Assembly: GCA_041665225.1 (NCBI GenBank)
Contig: JBAYJG010000001.1
Location: forward strand, 2,032 to 66,031
DNA length: 64,000 bases
From: Bacteroidota bacterium
Lineage (GTDB): Bacteria > Bacteroidota > Ignavibacteria > UBA10030 > UBA8401
Direction of reading: 5' to 3'
In this document: in pieces, positions 58,551 through 64,000 of the stretch
Layout of the letters: each line of letters opens with the position of its first letter
Position numbering within the stretch: position 1 is the stretch's first letter
Translations under genes and position numbers: made by a program
The notes under the pieces: model-generated
Databases searched by the model: none
Told to the model about the DNA's origin: nothing
What the model saw: the letters and a program-made list of their open reading frames with translations, nothing else

Positions 58551-59867
58551 TTATTGTAAGGGTGCTCCGACCATCATTTCTATTTCCGTTAATGCCATCT
58601 GCCGATCTACCAGTGTCATCAAATAGTCGTCTTGCTTCATTAATTCCATCCTTCGTGAATCCAATACTGTTGAAATTGGAACCTGACCGGTCTGATAAGC
58701 AATTGTTTGTGCTTCTGCTGCTTCACGAGTAAGAGGGATGATTGATGTCATATATTGTTTTGAAAGTGTGTCTGCCGTGGTATATCTGTTGATCGCTGAA
58801 CGTAGAGAAGATAGCATTTCACGCTGCATAGCATTCTTCTCAGCATCGATGCTTGAGTTCGTAGCACGCATTTCATCTGCTTTGCTCGTAGATCGTTCTG
58901 CCGACCAAGGTGCAAATGGCAAAGTAATTGAGGCCATAATACTATACATCCAATCGGTCTCTTGCATCGGCATTCCCATTGCGCTTTGTTGAATGGCATT
59001 TGCGGAACGTGAACCACCCGTTAAGATCATGCCATTTGGCATTCGCATGACCATTGCCTGCACCATAAGATCAGGGATGAGGTCTTTGTCGGCTGAAACA
59101 ATCATTGATTCATTCATATCTTTCATTCTATCCATTGCGATAAGGGATGGATTGACTTGTTTTACTTTTTCAGCCAATTGAAACTCTGAAACAATCATAG
59201 AACTTGTTGTAAGTATGCTATCGGTGATGATGACAGATGAAAAATCATCCCGGCCCAATAACGAATGGAGTGTATTTTGAATATCGATTCGCTTTGAACG
59301 CTTTTCTATAAGTTTGGTTTGTTCCGATGAAACCTCGGCTTGAATAGTCAATAAGTCTGCCTGTCTCATTCTATTGGTTTGAACGTGGGGCAGCATGAAC
59401 TGTGCAAGTTCATTAAGCAACGATATTGTCCGTTGTTGCACCTCTATCTGATGGTCAACTAACCACAGTTGATAGTAATTCATCTTGATCTTAGCCCGCA
59501 GTTGAACGCCGAGAGATCCTTGGTTCTGTTCAAGCACTTTTCCTTTCTTCTTCTCAACTTCAGACATAGCAGAAAGCTTACCTCCAAGCATGAACATTTG
59601 AGATACGGAAATGTTGTTTGAGATAGCATCATTCAGAACATTAAAACTATTGGTTGGAATTTGACTGAATTCTAATCCAACCGTAGGTGCAGGCAATGCT
59701 TGTGAAGCACTGGCCCGAAAGCCTGTCGCTTGGATTTGATATTCAAATGACTTCAGCTGTGGATTATTCTTTAATCCTTCTCTGATTAATGAATCAACAG
59801 ACTGTGCCTGAACGATTGCAACTGCTACAAGAAAAGAGAAGATCTGTTTGAGATATTTGTTTGTCAT
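58551..59867 (-). CDS. cusC: TolC-family outer-membrane efflux protein (CusC-like)
   Basis: Signal peptide. Two-repeat OEP architecture. Adjacent to cusBA. Confidence 0.75.
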   Translation of the reverse strand: MTNKYLKQIFSFLVAVAIVQAQSVDSLIREGLKNNPQLKSFEYQIQATGFRASASQALPAPTVGLEFSQIPTNSFNVLNDAISNNISVSQMFMLGGKLSAMSEVEKKKGKVLEQNQGSLGVQLRAKIKMNYYQLWLVDHQIEVQQRTISLLNELAQFMLPHVQTNRMRQADLLTIQAEVSSEQTKLIEKRSKRIDIQNTLHSLLGRDDFSSVIITDSILTTSSMIVSEFQLAEKVKQVNPSLIAMDRMKDMNESMIVSADKDLIPDLMVQAMVMRMPNGMILTGGSRSANAIQQSAMGMPMQETDWMYSIMASITLPFAPWSAERSTSKADEMRATNSSIDAEKNAMQREMLSSLRSAINRYTTADTLSKQYMTSIIPLTREAAEAQTIAYQTGQVPISTVLDSRRMELMKQDDYLMTLVDRQMALTEIEMMVGAPLQ

Positions 59868-59869
59868 GA

Positions 59870-62800
59870 TTATTCTCCTTCCTTAATGAAGTCTGCCATT
59901 TTTGATATTTCCAGTTTGCCTTTTCTGAGCGCACGTTCTTTCATCATGACGAAAAATACGGGTGTGACAACGAGAACGTGAACTGCAGAGGTGAACAAAC
60001 CGCCGATCATTGGCGCTGTTAACGGCTTCATGACATCTGATCCAGCGCCAGTGGACCACATTATTGGTATAAGTCCGACCATACTGCAGGCAACCGTCAT
60101 CAGTTTCGGACGCAATCGTAAAACTGCACCCTCAACGGTTGCTTCGTAAATATCCTTCATTGTTATTTCACCCCGTTCTCCGCGTTGATGCGCTTTTAAT
60201 CGCTTATCCAATGCTTCGTGCAAGTAAACAACCATGACAACGCCGGTTTCAACAGCAATGCCATAGAGCGCAATAAATCCGACCCATACCGCTACAGATA
60301 AATTATATCCGAGAATGTAGATCATATAAACGCCGCCGATAAGAGCGAATGGCACAGAAAGCATTACGACTAGCGATTCAATATAATCTTTGAACGTGAA
60401 ATAGAGCAGAATAAAAATGATGAGAAATACGACCGGCATGATGTATGTCAGTGTCTGCTGTGCACGAACCTTATGTTCGTATTGGCCGCTCCAATTATAG
60501 GAGTAACCCGCAGGGAGTTTTAGATTCTGAATGATTGCCTTCTTCGCATCTTCCATCGTATTACCCATATCTCTACCGCGAACATTCATATAGACAATGG
60601 CGCGAAGCTGTCCATTTTCGCTGCTGATCATTGGCGGTCCCGTAACAACGTTCACATCAGCTAATTCGGATAGCGGAACGTAAGTCAATTCGCTTGCGGT
60701 AGATTGACTCATCAATGAGGATGAAGCAAATGATGATTGTTGAATCGGTGTTTGTTGAGATTGTGGCTGCTGCGATGATCCCATTGATGACATTCCGCCT
60801 GATCCAGAGGATGGTGCACTCTGCCCCATACCTGCAGGTGTTGACATCGATGAAGATGCAATGCTCGAGCGAACCGGTATTAACAGACGATTCAACTCTT
60901 CGATATTATCCCGATATTCCCGTTCAAATCTCATTCGAATGGGGAACCGCATTCTTCCTTCAAGCACAACGCCGAGGTTTTGTCCGCCGATAGCAACTTC
61001 AACAATATCTTGAAGGTCACCGATGTTTAGACCATATCGAGAGAGCATTTCTTTTTTTGGTGCGATATCTACATAGTATCCGTTGCCAATACGTTCAGCA
61101 ACGATATCAGCCGCCCCGGGAACATCTTTTAATATTTGTTCTGCTTTGATTGCATAGTGTTCAAGTGTATCAAGTTTGTCCCCGAAGATCTTAAACCCGA
61201 TATCTGTTCTGACACCAGTTGAAAGCATATTAATGCGGTTGATGATAGGCTGTGTCCAACCGTTACGTGTTCCGGGGATCTGTAGCTTTGCATCCAATTC
61301 TTGGACGATATCTTTTTTTGTTATTCCCGGCCGCCATTCTTCCTTTGGTTTCAGAATAATAATTGTTTCGATCATGCTTATTGGGGCATTATCCGTTGCT
61401 GTTTCAGCGCGACCGGCTTTACCGAGAACATGATGCACTTCCGGAACGCTGTGAATGATCTTATCTTGTAAAGACAAGATTCGTGCTACTTCGGTGACAG
61501 AAGCATTGGGGAGGGTAACCGGCATATAGAGCAATGAACCCTCATCCAACGGTGGCATAAACTCAGAGCCGATCGAAAGAAGCATTGGAACGGTGATAAG
61601 CAATGCGATGATATTTATTGCAATTGTTGTTTTTCGATATTTCAACACCCAATGAATGACAGGTTCATAGATCTTAATGAAAAACCTTGTAACAGGATTG
61701 CCTGTTTCAGGTTTGAAATTTCCACGCATCAGCATTGTCATTAACACTGGGATCAGTGTGATTACGACTGCTGCTGAAGCGATCATCACAAACGATTTTG
61801 TATATGCCAGAGGATGGAACATTTTGCCTTCCTGCCCAGTGAGTAAAAACACCGGAAGGAATCCAACGAGGATGATGAGTTCAGAAAAGAAGATTGCTCT
61901 GCCGACTTGTTTTGCCGACATGATCGAAATATCACGATACTCATCGTTCGTCAGATGTCCTTTTTTGGCTATGGCATTGGCAATGTTTCGGTAAGCGTTC
62001 TCTACCAACACCACCGAGGAATCTACGATAACTCCAATCGCAAGGACAATCCCACCAAGAGACATGATGTTAGATGTGATGCCGAAAAGATACATTAATA
62101 TAAATGCGAGCAAAATCGAAACAGGCAGCTCAATTAATATCCTGACGATTGATCGGAAGTGGAGCAAGAAAATCGACACCACTATTGCAACGGTTATACT
62201 GGCTTCAATGAGTGCGCGGTCCAATGTTCCGATTGCCGCTTCAATGAGTGTAGACCGGTCATACGATGGGACGACTTCGACGCCGGGGGGAAGTCCTGGT
62301 TTAATTTCTTCTATCCGTTGTTTCACTCTGTCAATGACCTCGCGCGCATTTGCGCCGGTTCGCATCACAACAATACCGCCGACGACTTCACCTTCGCCAT
62401 CTTTATCCAACAGTCCTCGCCGAATATCTCCGCCAAGCTGCACTGTAGCAACATTCTTCACTAGAATTGGAATTCCGTTCGGTCCTTGTTTAACCAAGAC
62501 ATTCTCAACATCTTCTGTTGAAGTGATGTATCCCTGACCTCTTACAAAATATTCGGCATCGCTGATTTCGAGTAATTTGCCTCCAACTTCATTATTGTTT
62601 CGTTGAATAGCGCTGGCAACTTCTCCGATTGTGACATTGTAAGCTCTCAACTTATTGGGATTCACATCAACTTGATATTGTTTTACGAATCCGCCAATGC
62701 TGGCTATTTCAGCTACGCCTTCAACCGAGACAAGTTTAAATCTCAGATACCAGTCTTGGATAGATCGCAGGGTTGCGAGATCGTAATTCTTTCCTTCAAC

Positions 62801-63229
62801 GGTATACCAAAAGACATGGCCAACGCCGGTTCCATCAGGTCCAAGAACGGGCGTAACATTTTGAGGGAGTTGAGCGCGAACAAGGGAGAGTTTTTCAATA
62901 ACGCGGTTTCGTGCGAAATACAGATCGGTATTATCATTGAAAATCACAAAGACGAATGACATACCGAACATCGACGTTGCTCGGACTGCTTTTACTTCAG
63001 GCAAACCTTGTAATGCAGACGAGATAGAATAAGTAACTTGCTGTTCAACGATTTCCGGTGAACGTCCCATCCATTCGGTAAAGACGATCACTTGGTTTTC
63101 GGACAGATCCGGAATTGCATCAACCGGCAGTTTAATGACTGCATAAATGCCGAATCCGGTAATAAGAACGTAGATTAAAATAACGATGAAGCGGTTCTTG
63201 GCACTCCAATCAATAATTCTTTCGATCAT
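59870..63229 (-). CDS. cusA: CusA/CzcA-family heavy-metal efflux RND pump with Ser/Gln/Met-rich insertion
   Basis: 12-TM RND architecture. N-terminus MIERIIDWSAKNRFIVIL... typical of the HME family. ATG at 63229 chosen. Low-complexity insertion encoded at about 60693-60868. Confidence 0.85.
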   Translation of the reverse strand: MIERIIDWSAKNRFIVILIYVLITGFGIYAVIKLPVDAIPDLSENQVIVFTEWMGRSPEIVEQQVTYSISSALQGLPEVKAVRATSMFGMSFVFVIFNDNTDLYFARNRVIEKLSLVRAQLPQNVTPVLGPDGTGVGHVFWYTVEGKNYDLATLRSIQDWYLRFKLVSVEGVAEIASIGGFVKQYQVDVNPNKLRAYNVTIGEVASAIQRNNNEVGGKLLEISDAEYFVRGQGYITSTEDVENVLVKQGPNGIPILVKNVATVQLGGDIRRGLLDKDGEGEVVGGIVVMRTGANAREVIDRVKQRIEEIKPGLPPGVEVVPSYDRSTLIEAAIGTLDRALIEASITVAIVVSIFLLHFRSIVRILIELPVSILLAFILMYLFGITSNIMSLGGIVLAIGVIVDSSVVLVENAYRNIANAIAKKGHLTNDEYRDISIMSAKQVGRAIFFSELIILVGFLPVFLLTGQEGKMFHPLAYTKSFVMIASAAVVITLIPVLMTMLMRGNFKPETGNPVTRFFIKIYEPVIHWVLKYRKTTIAINIIALLITVPMLLSIGSEFMPPLDEGSLLYMPVTLPNASVTEVARILSLQDKIIHSVPEVHHVLGKAGRAETATDNAPISMIETIIILKPKEEWRPGITKKDIVQELDAKLQIPGTRNGWTQPIINRINMLSTGVRTDIGFKIFGDKLDTLEHYAIKAEQILKDVPGAADIVAERIGNGYYVDIAPKKEMLSRYGLNIGDLQDIVEVAIGGQNLGVVLEGRMRFPIRMRFEREYRDNIEELNRLLIPVRSSIASSSMSTPAGMGQSAPSSGSGGMSSMGSSQQPQSQQTPIQQSSFASSSLMSQSTASELTYVPLSELADVNVVTGPPMISSENGQLRAIVYMNVRGRDMGNTMEDAKKAIIQNLKLPAGYSYNWSGQYEHKVRAQQTLTYIMPVVFLIIFILLYFTFKDYIESLVVMLSVPFALIGGVYMIYILGYNLSVAVWVGFIALYGIAVETGVVMVVYLHEALDKRLKAHQRGERGEITMKDIYEATVEGAVLRLRPKLMTVACSMVGLIPIMWSTGAGSDVMKPLTAPMIGGLFTSAVHVLVVTPVFFVMMKERALRKGKLEISKMADFIKEGE

Positions 63230-63314
63230 AACTTCTCCAAAGCAAATAAGATAATTGAAATCAGATAACGCTGATAGAGCGTTACCCAACAACTATGCAA
63301 TCACTTTGGAGAAC

Positions 63315-63752
63315 TTAAATGAGGAAAGAACTTACTTGGATGTAAATATCGACCCTGGGAGGGTTGTCATCCTTAGAGGAAAAAAACGAGTGAGAAACAG
63401 TTTCGGATGTAACGTAAAGATGTTGAAGCTCTGGTAAAACAACTTCAAAAGCTAATGTTAAAGTTTTGGTAATGACTTCAGTAGAAAGGGTTGCCTTAAT
63501 ATCGTTAATACCGCCGGCAATTCTTTCACTAAAGCATGAAGAACTTACACCCTTTACAGACTGAGATTTCGAAGGCATTGCATTTTTGCAGCTATTTTCC
63601 ATATCACAGCAACAGACAGCAGATTTGCTCATCGTGCAATAACTAACAACGGTAGTAAAACCGGTCGATGTCAGTATCATAACGACGAGTAGTATTATCT
63701 GAATGGCTTTATGGAATTTTGTATTTATCACGCTGTAATATTGAACAGTCAA
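63315..63752 (-). CDS. small hypothetical membrane protein with CCC motif, first gene of the cus-like operon
   Basis: TM helix (AIQIILLVVMILT). SAVCCCDMENSC. No recognisable family. Confidence 0.3.
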   Translation of the reverse strand: MTVQYYSVINTKFHKAIQIILLVVMILTSTGFTTVVSYCTMSKSAVCCCDMENSCKNAMPSKSQSVKGVSSSCFSERIAGGINDIKATLSTEVITKTLTLAFEVVLPELQHLYVTSETVSHSFFSSKDDNPPRVDIYIQVSSFLI

Positions 63753-64000
63753 TTAATGCACTTAGTTCCTGTAACTATTTTCAATATTAATTACACGAAT
63801 ATTGTGCCAAAAATCAAATAAGAAAATATGGAGAATTACCATCAAGATTCTCTGCTATAGGAATTACAAAAATATATGTGTCAATTACGACAAATCTTTT
63901 TTTATCAATTACCCTAAATCCCCATCGGTTGATAAATGGGTCCCAACTGTTTAAGCCTTACATCGGATCCAAAGAGATACTTCTACTTCGATATAGGTCG

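Noticed and set aside
46288-63752. Calling 46-64 kb a mobile genomic island
   Set aside because: No integrase, transposase, tRNA target or obvious compositional shift is visible by eye. Only the vapBC direct repeats and the accessory nature of the genes suggest mobility, so it is reported as a hypothesis only.
1-64000. Search for rRNA, tRNA, tmRNA, RNase P, riboswitch or CRISPR sequences
   Set aside because: No cloverleaf-like conserved tRNA motifs (GTTC..A, T-loop context), rRNA-like conserved blocks or regularly spaced repeats were recognised by eye. A tRNAscan/Infernal run would be needed to be sure.

Overview
The window looks like a 64-kb chromosomal segment from a Gram-negative FCB-group bacterium, probably Ignavibacteriota- or Bacteroidota-like. 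The pointers to that are a T9SS C-terminal sorting domain, a TonB-dependent receptor with no SusD partner, and cytochrome bd; GC looks moderate by eye. No rRNA, tRNA, CRISPR array, integrase or transposase was recognised.

Contents in order:
- Positions 1-4.9 kb: a secreted alpha/beta-hydrolase and a sodium:solute symporter, both on the minus strand.
- 5.3-10.2 kb: a TonB-dependent receptor, a T9SS-sorted beta-helix-like cargo protein, and a terminator.
- 10.5-29.7 kb: thirteen co-directional genes forming a glycan-degradation locus. They encode GH94-like and GH130 phosphorylases, a CBM9-like protein, GH125, GH3 with a PA14 insert, GH20, GH2, two GH29 fucosidases (one with an F5/8 domain) and a BNR/sialidase-like protein. 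The enzyme set fits complex and high-mannose N-glycan breakdown ending in phosphorolysis of the Man-GlcNAc-GlcNAc core.
- 30-33.5 kb: an AraC regulator and cydBA.
- 33.9-38.3 kb: an ABC ATPase, an FtsX permease, a LolA-like protein and a secreted hypothetical protein.
- 38.3-41.8 kb: outer-membrane barrel proteins, a glycerophosphodiester phosphodiesterase and a metallophosphoesterase.
- 42.3-45.9 kb: a CheB-CheR-PAS fusion with a heptad-repeat coiled coil, followed by a stand-alone PAS protein.
- 46.3-54.0 kb: two paralogous vapBC toxin-antitoxin modules in direct orientation, each with a conserved palindromic operator. They bracket a membrane-anchored AraC regulator and a HlyD/ABC/FtsX/FtsX efflux cassette. 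The first vapB has a TTG start and an in-frame amber codon.
- 54.1-63.8 kb: a copper/silver-resistance block. It holds a GDCCVxC mini-protein that the ORF track missed, two Met-rich lipoproteins, a Cys-rich protein with a CusB-type heavy-metal-binding domain, a zinc-ribbon/CcmH-like membrane protein, a tandem-repeat protein and CusC-CusB-CusA. The CusA carries a roughly 60-aa Ser/Gln/Met-rich insertion.

A family of short structured intergenic repeats occurs four times, all in the same orientation.

The candidates I rate highest are the N-glycan core phosphorolysis locus and the vapBC-bracketed efflux and metal-resistance region. No single gene can be called a new system from sequence alone.
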